DNA of 64,000 nucleotides from Octopus sinensis (taxonomy: Eukaryota), in NCBI RefSeq assembly GCF_006345805.1, contig NC_043005.1, forward strand, positions 63,178,001 to 63,242,000, in the 5' to 3' direction. Under the pieces are notes generated by a model that was not told the origin of the DNA, did not search any database, and saw nothing but the letters and a program-made list of their open reading frames with translations. Shown in pieces: positions 1-11,692 of the stretch. Position numbers and translations under genes: made by a program. The stretch's first letter is position 1. Every line of letters begins with the position of its first letter.

Positions 1-51
1 GGACAATCTGAACATACACACATACACACACACACATTCTTTTCTTTTTCT

Positions 52-455
52 TTTAATTGTTTCAGTCATTTCACTGCGGCCATGTTGGAGCACCGCCTTT
101 AGTCAAATCAAATCGTCTCCAGGACTTATTCTTTGTAAGCCTAGTACTTATTCTATCGGTCTCTTTTGCCAAACTGCTAAGTTACGGGGACCTAAACACA
201 CCAGCATCGGTTGAAAGGGATGTTGGGGGAACAAACACAGAAACACAACATATACACACACATACACATATATATTTACATATATGCGACGTGCTCTTCT
301 TTCAGTTTCCGTCTATCAAATCCACTCACAAGGCTTTGGTCAGCACAAAGCTATAGTAGAAAACACTTGCCCAAGGTGCCATGCAGTGGGACTGCACCCA
401 GAACCATGTAGTTGGTAATCAAGCTACTTACCACACACCCACTGCTGCACGCCTA
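52..455 (-). mobile_element. SINE family A (major ~400-bp SINE with tRNA-like head and internal (TA)/(CA) tract)
   Basis: Reverse complement of the repeat at 1229-1608 (head GGAGTGGCTGTGTGGTAAG...GGTTCAGTCCCACTG, tail ...GACTGAAACAAGTAAAAGAG). About 20 copies or fragments occur in the window. Confidence 0.85.
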
Positions 456-459
456 TGTA

Positions 460-498
<39 letters not shown>
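456..498. repeat. (TA)n microsatellite
   Basis: Direct reading. Confidence 0.95.
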
Positions 499-501
<3 letters not shown>

Positions 502-700
502 CTTCTGTTTAGATAATGTGAAACTCAGATATTCTAGAGTCTCTAATGAAAGCACTCAATTATTCTTTAAAATATCTGCTTACAGAAATACATCAATTAA
601 TATATCGATATCATGATGATGCAAGCCTGTTAATTACTTTGAAAATGAATGAAAAGATATTTGTTAATGTACAACTTAAATAAACTTCTATATAATTTAT

Positions 701-1085
701 TTAGGCACAGCTGTATGGTAAAAATTTTGCTTCCCAATCACATGGTTCCATGTTCAGTTCCACTTTGTGACGCCTTGCATTATTGTCTTCTACTATAGCT
801 TCAGGCCAACCAAATCCTTGTGAGTGGATTTGGTAAACAGAAAGTGAAAGAAGACTGTTGTAGATATATACTATGTGAGTGTGTCTTTGTGCTTGTGTTT
901 GTCGCCGACCACTGCTTGACAAACAGTGTTGGTTTGTTTACATCTCTGTTATTTAGTAGTTCGGCAGATGAAACAGAATAAGTACCAGGCTTGAGAAAAT
1001 AGGTACTGTGGTCAATTCGTTTGGCAAAAATCTTTCAAGGTGGTATCCCAGCTTGGTCATACTCCTGTTGCTGAAGTAAAGAAAA
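701..1085 (+). mobile_element. SINE family A, diverged copy
   Basis: Shares CTTGTGAGTGGATTTGGTA...GAAAGAAG and GAATAAGTACCAGGCTT blocks with the other copies. Confidence 0.75.
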
Positions 1086-1228
1086 GGTGACAGGCAATTT
1101 ATGGATGAAAGTATCACTGCATTTTTAGTGGCAAGAATGGGAAGGTTGAATCTTCTGGGATGCAAAAAAAGAATTTCATTTGAAGAGAGTCACACTTTTT
1201 ATTTTATTTATTTATTTATTTGCCATAT

Positions 1229-1608
1229 ATAGGCATAGGAGTGGCTGTGTGGTAAGTAGCTTGCTTACCTACCAAATGGTTCTGGGTTCAGTCCCACTGC
1301 GTGGCACCTTGGGCAAGTGTCTTCTTCTATAGCCTCGGGCTGACCAAAGCCTTGTGAGTGGATTTGATAGACAGAAACTGAAAGAAGCCCGTTGTTATAT
1401 GTATATATATATATATCTACATATGTGTATATGTTTGCGTGTCTGTGTTTGTCCCCCTAACATCGCTTAACAACTGATGCAGTTTGTCAAAAGAGACCGA
1501 TAGAAAAAGTACTAGGCTTACAAAAAATAAGTCCTGGGGTCGATTTGATTCGACTAAAGGCGGTGCTCCAGCATAGCCGCAGTGAAATGACTCAAACAAG
1601 TAAAGAGA
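1229..1608 (+). mobile_element. SINE family A, near full-length copy
   Basis: Head with A/B-box-like TGTGTGGTAAG and GGTTCAGTCCC, central (TA)n, conserved tail. Confidence 0.85.
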
Positions 1609-2691
1609 GTATACAGCTTTTAACTGTGAAATTCAAGTGGCAAAGTATGAAAGTCTATGGTAAAGACCCTTGCTCGGAGTTCTGCATTATGGGAATGAAC
1701 TCAGAACCAAGTGAACGTGAAGCAACCTTCTAAACCATTTGACCATCATTCCGGTACCCATTTATTTTGAATTATTTACTACTGAAGGCAATAACTAGAA
1801 CATTAAAGATTGAGAATACTGAGCATGAAAGCACTGGTGTTCTTTACATGGAATGCAATTGCAACTTTGATATGGCAATAAGTCTGTATGAAACAGGAAT
1901 GGCAATGCAAACTTTCTATTATAAGCTGAACTGATTAGAAAGAACATTCAGTTGTATAATCGTGAAGGTAAAGAACAATGAATGCATTAGATTGAATCTT
2001 ACAGAAATAAACGGAAAAAAAAAAGTCCCATAACTCTTAATGATGAATCATTGTGTTAACAAAAGATTTTACTTCATGTAGTCAGTTGAGGGCAAGTCGG
2101 TCAACCAGAATCCATTCCTTTTTATGTTATTCACTTGCTAAAATCATGCATAGAAAGAGTAATTAAAAGGGAATGTGCAGTTTCAGCTCATTGGAGTTTT
2201 ACCATCATTCTGTGATATTGAAAAGAACAGAGCAGCTCAATAAAAGAGCAAATGATGGAGTAAGGGAAAATAAATATGCAGCTTTAGATCATCTATTGCT
2301 TTCTATCATTCTATGGTATTGAAAAACGACAGTTATGACAGAGTAACGAAATTATTATGTTATCCTAAAAAGTGGATGGCTACCATGAGTGACAGAGAAA
2401 TGTAAATAAATTCATTCAGTTATTTGTTTTACATCCATTTTCCTTGCTAGTATGGGTTAGATGAATACATATTACTGAGGTATTGTTTTACAGCTGCATG
2501 CCCCCTTCCTGTAACCTATTTTTCAAACCAGGTAGTTGTATTCCACATGTCTTCAAAAGCACAGTAAAAGTGGACAACATGTTGATAGAAAAAGACAACA
2601 AATGTCACCATTTGTTACAGTACTTTACATGCAAAGGGTAGATTGTAATTGCTCACACACACATACACGCGTATGTTTGCATATATATGTG

Positions 2692-2866
2692 TATAGGCAT
2701 AGGAGTGGCTTCGTGGTAAGTAGCTTGCTTACGAACTACATGGTTCTGGGTTCAGTCCCACTGTGTGGCACCTTGGGCATGTGTCTTCTACTATAGCCTC
2801 AGGCCAACCAAAGCTTTCTGAGTGGATTTTGTAGACGGAAACTGAAACAAACCCGTCGTATATATG

Positions 2867-2895
<29 letters not shown>
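2692..2895 (+). mobile_element. SINE family A, 5' half (interrupted at its (TA)n by a PLE)
   Basis: Head through GAAACTGAAACAAACCCGTCGTATATAT; the matching 3' half resumes at about 5026. Confidence 0.85.
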
Positions 2896-2897
<2 letters not shown>

Positions 2898-2955
2898 AAA
2901 CATTATTGGTGAATTGAAGAAATGGAGCTGAACGCAGATTGAACAGAAATCGTTT

Positions 2956-3049
2956 TATTTCATTCTACACGTGTTTCGAAAGGCACAAATTACCAAAATC
3001 CGATTGAATAATGGGACCATATTGTGTCTTTCTCTTCAGGAAGAAAAAA
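2956..3049 (-). ncRNA. Type-I hammerhead ribozyme motif (inverted PLE arm)
   Basis: Minus strand: CUGAAGA (3039-3033); stem II GAAAGACACAA/UUGUGCCUUUC (11 bp, one mismatch); GAAA (2977-2974); palindromic stem III ACACGUGU; predicted cleavage after GUA at 2966; stem I UUUUUCUUC/GAAUGAAA. Folded by eye. Confidence 0.8.
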
Positions 3050-3256
3050 GGAAATCCGTTGGAAAAACAGAACAGAGGCGGAGCAAAAAACAAATCGAAC
3101 TGTGCTCCTAAGAGCCCATGGCGAAACTGTTTATCAGTGTATGTTGAGAACCGGTGGCTGAAGAATTCAACGGGTCAGGCATCGGTCAATCATGTGGGTG
3201 AGGGTGTATAGATGTTCTTTGTGACCAAGAATAAAGTTCTGACTATTTAAGGAATA

Positions 3257-4127
3257 GCTTTCTCCAACAGTAAAAACCTCGCCCAGATAATCGCCTCCCA
3301 TAATAATAGGCTACTTACTAAGACCCTATCACCTTTTTCCGGAGGCACAGCCTCTTCCGCTCCCGGTTTAATGCTCAGTAGGAATAATTATAGTAGTAAT
3401 AATGATATGAGAGCCAGTACAGTGACACATAATCTCAGCTCCAGCCAGGGAGTACCCACTAGGGGTATAGTTATAAATAGGGGTGTTGTGGTTGACGGTA
3501 ACAATGGGAGTAGGGTAGAGAGCCCCATTAGCATCCCCAGCATCATTTCCCGCAATAGCAGTACCACGGGCAGTAGCAATGACAGCACTCTGATAGATAG
3601 TGGAGAATCAGGGGTTATTCCTATAGTTAATAGTGACGTAGTGGAAAATAGAGTAGTAAGCGGCTGCAGGTCTCGGAACGAATATAGTGACAGGAACGCA
3701 GTTCTAATTTCAGAAACTAATCCTAGCAGATTAAGATTCACGTCGGCGAACTCCAAGATCAAAAACGCCGTCTACCAATGCAAGGTTTACACGGACTCAG
3801 ATGCCTTCACTTATGTAGGGGCATCATCCTCAAGATTGTCTTTGCGTGTCTCCAACCATTACGCAACTTTTCGGGACGTGAACAAGCGCCAGACCACGGG
3901 ACTCAGTAAGCTAATATGGCGACTGAAGGATGCGAACTTAAGCTATAGGCTGGAATGGTCAATTTTGTCGGTGGCCCTCCCATTTGATAGGGGCAGAAGA
4001 CAGTGCAACATTTGTGTCTCCGAACTCTTCCATTTTTGTTTGCCAGGGCCGGATGGTAAACGGGCTCTTACAGTCGGCTTTTCGATGCCCCCATTGGCGG
4101 CGTTACACTTATCTGGCCTTTAAATAG
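3257..4127 (+). pseudogene. PLE C-terminal linker plus GIY-YIG endonuclease, 5'-truncated, one frameshift near 4031
   Basis: The frame is open from 3251, upstream of the ORF-track start: AFSNSKNLAQIIASHNNRLL ... NAVYQCKV...TYVGAS...RLSLRVSNHYATF...TGLSKLIWRLK...W...CNICVSELF. A shifted frame then gives IFVCQGRMVNGLLQSAFRCPHWRRYTYLAFK* (stop 4125-4127), restoring the usual terminal N...CxH motif. Confidence 0.85.
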
Positions 4128-4720
4128 CGTTTATAAATAATACCGGCACCCATAGCCCTTGGTAACAAATTCTGAAATAGCCTTTAAGATACCTACGATT
4201 AACCACTGCAAGGGGAATTACTCCTGTAAGACAAACGGGGCTTGGTTTTTTCACAGCGGGGGGTTTCCTTGACAAGGCAGGCTTAGATGAACACATACAC
4301 ACATAAAACATAATATATATATATTTTTTTATTTTTTTCTTTCTGCCACCCAACGGTTATCACGGCAGTAGCCACTGACAGCCGAACGATCAAACGCACA
4401 CACGTACACAAAAAATGTTTTCTACCCCTACGCCAACACACACATATATAGAACAGTATACACACACACACGTCTCTAGGTAGATTTTTTCTCGCCCCTT
4501 ATAAAACATCCAATATTCCTTAAATAGTCAGAACTTTATTCTCGGTCACAAAGAACATCTATACACCCTCACCCACATGATTGACCGATGCCTGACCCGT
4601 TGAATTCTTCAGCCACCGGTTCTCAACATACACTGATAAACAGTTTCGCCATGGGCTCTTAGGAGCACAGTTCGATTTGTTTTTTGCTCCGCCTCTGTTC
4701 TGTTTTTCCAACGGATTTCC

Positions 4721-4816
4721 TTTTTTCTTCCTGAAGAGAGAAAGACACAATATGGTCCCATTATTCAATCGGATTTTGGTAATTTGTGCCTTTCGAAACA
4801 CGTGTAGAATGAAATA
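4721..4816 (+). ncRNA. Type-I hammerhead ribozyme motif (sense PLE arm), with 2-nt GA insertion after the core
   Basis: CTGAAGA 4731-4737, extra GA 4738-4739, stem II 4740-4750/4784-4794, GAAA 4795-4798, ACACGTGT, predicted cleavage after A4806. Confidence 0.7.
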
Positions 4817-5025
4817 AAACGATTTCTGTTCAATCTGCGTTCAGCTCCATTTCTTCAATTCACCAATAATGTTTTAATTTCAATTATCCGCACCAACGCA
4901 CGGTTGCAACGCCAGATGGTTGTACCTCCAACCGTGCTGTTTACTGCTGTGATTTTTGCTACTAAGGTATCGGTTAAACTTTTGATTAATCTACTACAAG
5001 ATTATTCATCTTTCTATTTCACATA

Positions 5026-5058
<33 letters not shown>

Positions 5059-5283
5059 GTGTGTGTGTGTGTGTGCATGTGCTTGTGTGTCTGTGTTTGT
5101 CCCCCCAACATCGCTTGACAACTGATACTGGTGTGTTTACGTCCCTGTAACTTAGCAGTTCAGCAAAAGAGAATGATAGAAGAGACTGATACAATGAGTC
5201 CTGGGGTTGATTTGCTCGACTAAAGGTGGTGCTCCAGCATGGCCACAGTCAAATGACTGAAACAAGTAAAAGAGTAAAAGAGA
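5026..5283 (+). mobile_element. SINE family A, 3' half
   Basis: (TA)(TG) tract, then GTGTCTGTGTTTGTCCCCCCAACATCGCTTGAC... through the AAGTAAAAGAG tail. Confidence 0.85.
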
Positions 5284-6277
5284 ATATATGAGGGCTTCCA
5301 ATTCACTCACAAGGGATCAAGTGGCACTGTTCTACAGTAGAAGATAGTTACCAGAGATGCCATGTAATAGGATTGAACTTGAAACCACATGAGTGAAAAG
5401 TGAACTCTTTAACCACATGATTATGTCTGCTCCTACTCAAATAAAGTAATAGTAAATAAATTATAATTTTTCAGTTGGAGCAGAGTTAAAGAGGCTGAGA
5501 TATTAAAAAGAAACATCTTTTTTTTAATTTTCTTATTCATCAGAACCACAGAGGTAGAAAATTCTAAGATTAAGGCACAGGACTACTAACTGCTTTAATC
5601 ATAATTTTGTCTCCTAAGATGATATACATAACCCAACTTATCTTTGTAAGCCTGACTTTGTAAGCTCCATTTTTATTACCAGTTACAGTAATTAACTAAC
5701 CACTGAAGTTAAATATCCAAAGCTGAGTGCAGACATTCTACCCATTCTTGAATAGAGAAATGAATCTAATGAATCTAAATCTAAAACAAACAAAAATTCT
5801 ATTAAATTGTCAACTAGTCTTATATTATAATTCTATTAAACATCCAGGATGCATTATAGAACAGTAATGCTCTTATATTGCTTCTGACATGTTTTGAATA
5901 TTCTTAAAATATTAGGTATACCTGAAAAGATTAGCTTTTCTATTTCTTTTTCTTGTCTTTCATTTAACTAACTCACTGCTAAAGCTACTCTCATGGGATC
6001 GTAGATAATCAAACTGACTGACTAGCAGATAACTGACTGGATGAGAGATTGGCAGTTTGTTATCTTGTCAACAGCATTGCATTGTGTTTTGGGGCCAAGA
6101 CACTTAACTCTCAGATGGTTAACTCCATTTCATAGTAAAGAGGTAACAAAAATGCTGTGTTTCACTATTGTCAGGAAGCAGCAATGCTGGAAAACTTTGT
6201 AGTTCTCTTCAACTCCTCCCATGGATTATAGCCTACAGAAACTTGGGATTTGCTGTCTGACTTGGTATAATTATGCA

Positions 6278-6424
6278 TGAAGAAAAATCAATTGGTAGTG
6301 TACCAACGAACCAAAGAATTATGAGATGAAGAAAAATTAATTGATAGTGTACTAACAAAGGAAGAATAATGAGATGAAGAAAAATTAATTGATAGTGTAC
6401 CAACAAACCAAAGAATTTTGAGAC
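6278..6424. repeat. Minisatellite, 3 x ~49 bp
   Basis: Unit TGAAGAAAAATTAATTGATAGTGTACCAACAAACCAAAGAATTATGAGA starting at 6278, 6327 and 6375; no spacers. Confidence 0.9.
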
Positions 6425-6647
6425 ACCTTCAATTCTCTTGTTGAATCTTTTCCATATTTAATCCAATTAATAAGTTGTCTCACTGCTCAATTTCTTCTTT
6501 AAGGATTATTACGATTCCAACATAAAGCCAGTTGCAATAAAAATATTTATTAAAGTCTATTCAAATGCATCTAATTATCTATGAAAGTCTGTCCATATGC
6601 AGATATCTATTTATTAAAGTCCCTCCATAAATGTACATATATATATA

Positions 6648-7273
6648 CCAGAGTAAGCACATAAATGCGAAACAAGGTGGAAAAAAATGGTACTCGAATA
6701 CCAGAGGTAGAGTAATATGTTTTTTTAAAAAGCAGCAACAACATCACAGAAACTGTTACTCAGAGTTTCACATTTGTTGGACAGTTTTGTTTAAACAAAA
6801 CTGTCTGACGAACAGGAATGGGAAACTCTGAGTAACAATTTTTTGTGACATTTCTGCTGCTTTTTAATAAAACATATAGGATGGATGGAAGCACTCCGTC
6901 GGTTATGACGACGAGGGTTCCGGTTGATCCGATCAACGGAACAGCCAGCTCGTGAAATTAACATGTAAGTGGCTGAGCACTCCACAGACACGTGTACCCT
7001 TAACGCAGTTCTCATGGATATTCAGCGTGACACAGAGAGTGACAAGGCCGGCCCTTTGAAATACAGGTACAACAGAAACAGGAAGTAAGAGTGAGAGAAA
7101 GTTGTGGTGAAAGAGTACAGCAGGGATCACCACCATCCCTGCCAGAGCCTCGTGGAGCTTTAGGTGTTTTCGCTCAATAAACACTCACAACGCCCGGTCT
7201 GGGAATCGAAACCGCGATCCTATGACTGCGAGTCCGCTGCCCTAACCACATATTACTGGTATTCGAGTACTAT

Positions 7274-7275
<2 letters not shown>
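6648..7275. mobile_element. Fold-back non-coding element (probable PLE 3'-tail derivative) with hammerhead-like motif, interrupted by a SINE
   Basis: Perfect 26-bp palindrome at 6780-6805 with imperfect arms extending outward. Right arm has CTGACGA (6805-6811)...GAAACTCTGAGTA (6822-6834) and continues after the SINE at 7254. (TA)n on both flanks. Confidence 0.7.
6878..7247 (-). mobile_element. tRNA-head SINE (different family) with 6-bp target-site duplication
   Basis: Minus-strand head GTGGTTAGGGCAGCGGACTCGCAGTCATAGGATCGCGGTTTCGATTCCC; ACATAT duplicated at 6872-6877 and 7248-7253. Confidence 0.8.
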
Positions 7276-7349
<74 letters not shown>

Positions 7350-7449
7350 ATACATATATATATATATACATACATATATACGTACATATATATATATACA
7401 TATATATACATACATATATATATATATATATAACATACATATATATATA

Positions 7450-7490
<41 letters not shown>

Positions 7491-7517
7491 ACATATATAT
7501 ACATACATATATATATA

Positions 7518-7558
<41 letters not shown>

Positions 7559-7588
7559 ACATATATATACATACATATATATATGTTA
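7276..7588. repeat. Compound (TA)n/(TACA)n microsatellite
   Basis: Direct reading; source of the YIYI ORFs. Confidence 0.95.
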
Positions 7589-8370
7589 TAATTAAGAACA
7601 AACAGTAAAAGGTTGTCATTAAAGTACTTGGTGTTTTAAATGTCAGAGCAAAGAGCTAAGATACATTCTTGTTGGCTGTTAATAGCCAAGCCATGCCAGC
7701 AAGGAAAACAGACGTTAAATGATGATGATATGGGTATTTACGCATCTTTCTTCACTATCCAGGGATAAGTTGACAATCACTTGATGCTTTAAAAAACAAT
7801 GATACCAAACAATGTGAGTGAGCTGAGACAAACTGGAATCAGCTCATAGCAAATTATAAGAATATTGATAGAACTCTGTACACAACCAATACTTCAGATT
7901 GTCAAAGGCTTTGTGTCTCACTTAGCTAATGTTTAGATAGAGTCTACTTCATCTTTCTCTAAGTTAATAAAATAAATGTTTGTAAAGTAATTACTGCATG
8001 AAAAACACTTATTAGCTGTTCAAAAAAGAAAAAAATGCTAACTTCATTCAAACATTTATCATCTGGTGTCAACATTTTTATCACAAGAATCACATCCTGA
8101 TTTCAATGGCTAATATGTCTTTCACACTGTTTCAAGATACAGTCTCAGATTAAATCACACGCCAGATGAGTATATCTCTGAAGCATTAGTAAAGTATTCA
8201 ACATACTCTATATGCTTAATATTAAGATCATCTAAAACAAAATATTTATCCATAAAAAGAACTTAACATATACATACCTATCTAAAATATGATTGTCTAA
8301 ATCAGCAACAGAACAAAATTCAATACAAATAAATTTTGCTGTGGTTATTATTGTTTCTACTATTAATCTC

Positions 8371-8759
8371 TCTCTATATAAAGCTGAAGTTGTCTGTGTA
8401 TGGCAGGTTTGGTAGCCTTCAACTAATACTATCTCCTTCGAGACCCTGCAGCGCAAGTTGACCAAAATTGAAAGTATGATAGAAGAAGGCTTGCTCTTTC
8501 TTCCGTAGAAGAAAAAAATTCAAATTGAACCATGTTAACACCAAAAATTATTTACATAAAAAAGGTGCTTTTTTTCTATGAAAATCCCTATTTTTTACGA
8601 TTTTTTGACTGCTGTGTCGCCATTTTTTAGTGTATTTCAACCAGAAAAATGTTCACTTAAAGAGAATAACAAGTTACATAATGCAAAAGTTTTACTTTTC
8701 AAAAATTCCAATTGTAAAGGGTCGAAACAAACCCGAGGAACGCCGGGCGATACTGCAAG
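8371..8759 (+). mobile_element. Non-autonomous Helitron
   Basis: 5' TC start (TCTCTATATAAAGC), 3' GC-rich hairpin CCCGAGGAACGCCGGG at 8732-8747, then CAAG-T (CTAG-T with one change). The same terminus with intact CTAG occurs at 50175-50205. Confidence 0.65.
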
Positions 8760-10237
8760 TTTCTAATAGAAGCATAAAGCTACAGAATGTCCTCATTGGC
8801 AATCAGATTTTTCTGGAAATACACATATTAGACATGGTCAAAAGTTTCGCTTGTTTTGAGAGAAGTAATACTCATCAAATCTAAAGTTTTCACAGGGATG
8901 TCTTTGATCACAGGTCTGTTTTATTAGAGCAAACATTGAGATTAGCAACAATAATAACTATTAATATTTTGTCTGATAAGAAGGTGTCAAGAAGCATTAA
9001 CATGCCAGGCAAAACGTTTATCAGCAATCATCCATCTTTTTCGCCTGAGTTTAAATTCCATTGAGATCAACTTTGCCTTGCATCCTTTTGGGGTCAATAA
9101 AATAAGTACCAATTGAACATTGATGTCCATGTAATAGATTTAACTCCTCCCCAAAAATTGCTGGCTTTGTGCCAAAAATTTGAAACTAATATTTTGTCTG
9201 ATAATCATAGACACAGATAATACCAATATATTACTGATGCCTATTCAATTCATTGCAGATATATAGATTCACTGAAATATTATTTTGAATTCAGATTGTT
9301 AATATACCAGACAAGATACAGTAAAATATCTATTCAAACATTATCTCATTCTGAACGTCCTGCTGCATGACATGACTTAATATTGGTTTCCTAAATGTTC
9401 CAGAAATTTAGTTGATGGAGGGCTATGGGAAGTTTTGATGCCCGTTAATTTCCCAAAGGCATCATCAGCTTAAACAACCCTTTTAATACTAAACTGTCCA
9501 TATTAAAGTATTTATATTTAAGGTTCTTATTTGTTGCACTTTAAATTTAATGTTTTGAGCGGAAAAGTGGATATATCCACTCAAGATTTTATTGCCATTA
9601 ACTGTGGAAAGTAGTTTAACCCAAGGGCTTTGAAAAAGAACAAAAGAAAATCTCAACACTTTTTACGAAAGACAGTATTACAGATTTTCTCAATTTTTTC
9701 CCTGTATTTCATCAAATATCTCTTTACTGAGCAAGAATAAAATAATTTTAGCAGTGGATATGAAAACCATACCTACAGGAGATCCTAAAAACATATTGCA
9801 GAAGCAGAGATTATCAATTCTATTTTTTGGTGGGTGATTAGCACCATTATGGGAATGACTATGAAATTTAATTATGCAGCCAGTGTTAAATCCCATCGAA
9901 GTTGACTTTGCTTTCATCCATTCAGGGTTAATGAAATTTAAAAAAAGTACCAATCCTGGGTGGTGATTTGTAGAACTATCTGACAAACACTGGGTCAGAT
10001 ACCTTGCATTATTGGTTTTACACTTTGTATTCTCAGTTCAAATCCTTCCATGGCTTATTTGAGTGGTAGACTTCCACTGTCGTCTAGGTTAACACTGTTA
10101 CCTTACCCTTGAGTGCTTTTTAGTGGAATCCACTCTGATGCAATCATTTGGGACAGGTTTCCAGTTTAAACCAACATTCTCCATCCCACTCATCTCAGAG
10201 GTCCTGTAAAGGGTCATGACTATTGCTTTCTTTTTTA

Positions 10238-10648
10238 TCTTTTACTTGTTTCAGTCGTTGGACTGTGGCCATGCTGGGGCATCACCTTGAAGCATTTAGT
10301 CAATCAAACGCCCCCCCCCCCGTACTTATTTTTAAGCCTGATACTTATTCTATGAGACACTTTAGTCACTTTAGCTGAACCACTAGGTTACAGGGATGTA
10401 AACAAAACCAGCAGTGGTTGTCAAGCAGTAGAGGGGGGGGACACAAATACAAACACATACACATACACAAACACACACATATGATGGGTTTCCATACAGT
10501 TTCCATCTAACAAACTCACTTGCAAGGCATTGGCTGGCCTGGGCTATAATAGAGCACACTTGACCAAAGTGCTGTGCAGTGGGACTGAACCTGAACCCAT
10601 GTGTTTGCAAAGTAAGTTTCTTAATCTCACAGCTACACTTGCGCCTTT
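10238..10648 (-). mobile_element. SINE family A
   Basis: Reverse-complement match to 1229-1608. Confidence 0.8.
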
Positions 10649-11461
10649 CTGAATAAAAAATACAAAAAAAGTAAACTTTCAGCTGAGATTTGAGTTAGTC
10701 AAAAGTTAGTCAACACCAATATAATATAATGTTACAAAATGTTCAACTAAACCCCTCCAAAATCTTGTTATATACGAAAATTAATGCAAACTTAGACAGT
10801 CTACTTGGAAGAATTATCAGGAAAGAAGTTAAATGAAGTGATTTGGCTTCAACTTGGAATTGCAACTATATAACATCTCCGTTTACTTAAATATATAAAT
10901 GTCTGAATGTCTGACATGAGTTGTTGCTAAGAAGATTATAATTTGTTTTTGTTTTGCTTTTTTTTGGACGGATTAATATTGATGAATGTTTCATCTCTAT
11001 AGATGACGTTAATAGTCCAAAAAATTATAATCTTATTTCTGTGTACAGTTCTGTAAGCTTACCTCTTTAAATCGACAACATTCTCTATACTTTATGATTT
11101 TGGTGAAGATGACAAATTTGTTTTGGAATGATGGTAGTGTCTCGTAGAGTCTGAGAAAGACAGTTCTGCAATTTCTTATGAACAACCTGCGCAAAAGATT
11201 TATTTCTAGTGATTAAATGTTTGCGCAGTTCATTTGCTCTCCACCGCCATGGCAAATTGCTATTGCCTGAGCAGGTGTATTGTGTACCACCTGTCATGCG
11301 TCAGAGTGATTGTAGAGCAATGTGAGATGAAGTGTTTTGCTCAAGAACACAATGCACCACCTGATACCATGATCTTAGAAATTGGCACCCTGATCTCATG
11401 ATCATGAGTGCAACACCCTAACCACCATGCCATGCACTCTTGCTGTTTGGTAATAGAGTAT

Positions 11462-11692
11462 GGCAGTGAGCTGGCAGAAACGTTAGTACACCGGGCGAAA
11501 TGCGTAGCCGTATTTCGTCTGCCGTTACGTTCTGAGTTCAAATTCCGTCGAGGTCGACTTTGCCTTTCATCCTTTTGGGGTCAATTAAATAAGTACCAGT
11601 TATGCACTGGGATCGATATAATCGACTTAATCCGTTTGTCTGTCCTTGTTTGTCCTCTCTGTGTTTAGCCCCTTGTGGGTAGTAAAGAAATA
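11462..11692 (+). mobile_element. SINE family B (~230 bp) with 13-bp TSD
   Basis: GGCAGTGAGCTGGCAG...GAGTTCAAATTCCG...GTAGTAAAGAAATA; GGTAATAGAGTAT duplicated at 11449-11461 and 11693-11705. Confidence 0.9.

Larger units (their letters stand above)
2896..5025 (+). mobile_element. 5'-truncated Penelope-like element (Neptune-like) with an inverted copy of its 3' region at the 5' end
   Basis: About 360-bp inverted arms at 2896-3256 and 4514-4876, differing by one substitution and one 2-nt indel that I could see. GIY-YIG ORF remnant between the arms, hammerhead motif in each arm, (TA)n on both flanks. Confidence 0.9.

Noticed and set aside
3388-3762. 124-aa Leu-rich antisense ORF
   Set aside because: Mirror of the low-complexity PLE linker; no independent motif.
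6278-6424. Possible CRISPR-like array (also the 49596-49800 repeats)
   Set aside because: Units are contiguous with no unique spacers, there are no cas genes, and the context is eukaryotic.
7160-7247. Possible tRNA gene (also other SINE heads)
   Set aside because: No complete acceptor stem; it continues into a SINE body and is bounded by a TSD.
7164-7619. YIYIYI/ICIC/THTH ORFs here and at 25652-26260, 37555-38161, 41682-42408, 49267-49596, 50279-50689 and 51388-52047
   Set aside because: Translations of (TA)n, (CA)n and (TACA)n microsatellites, which lack stops in some frames.
11001-11052. Short AG...GTAAGC exon-like segment (similar ones at about 14720-14795 minus and 32352-32384)
   Set aside because: Too short, no recognisable peptide, and expected by chance in AT-rich DNA.
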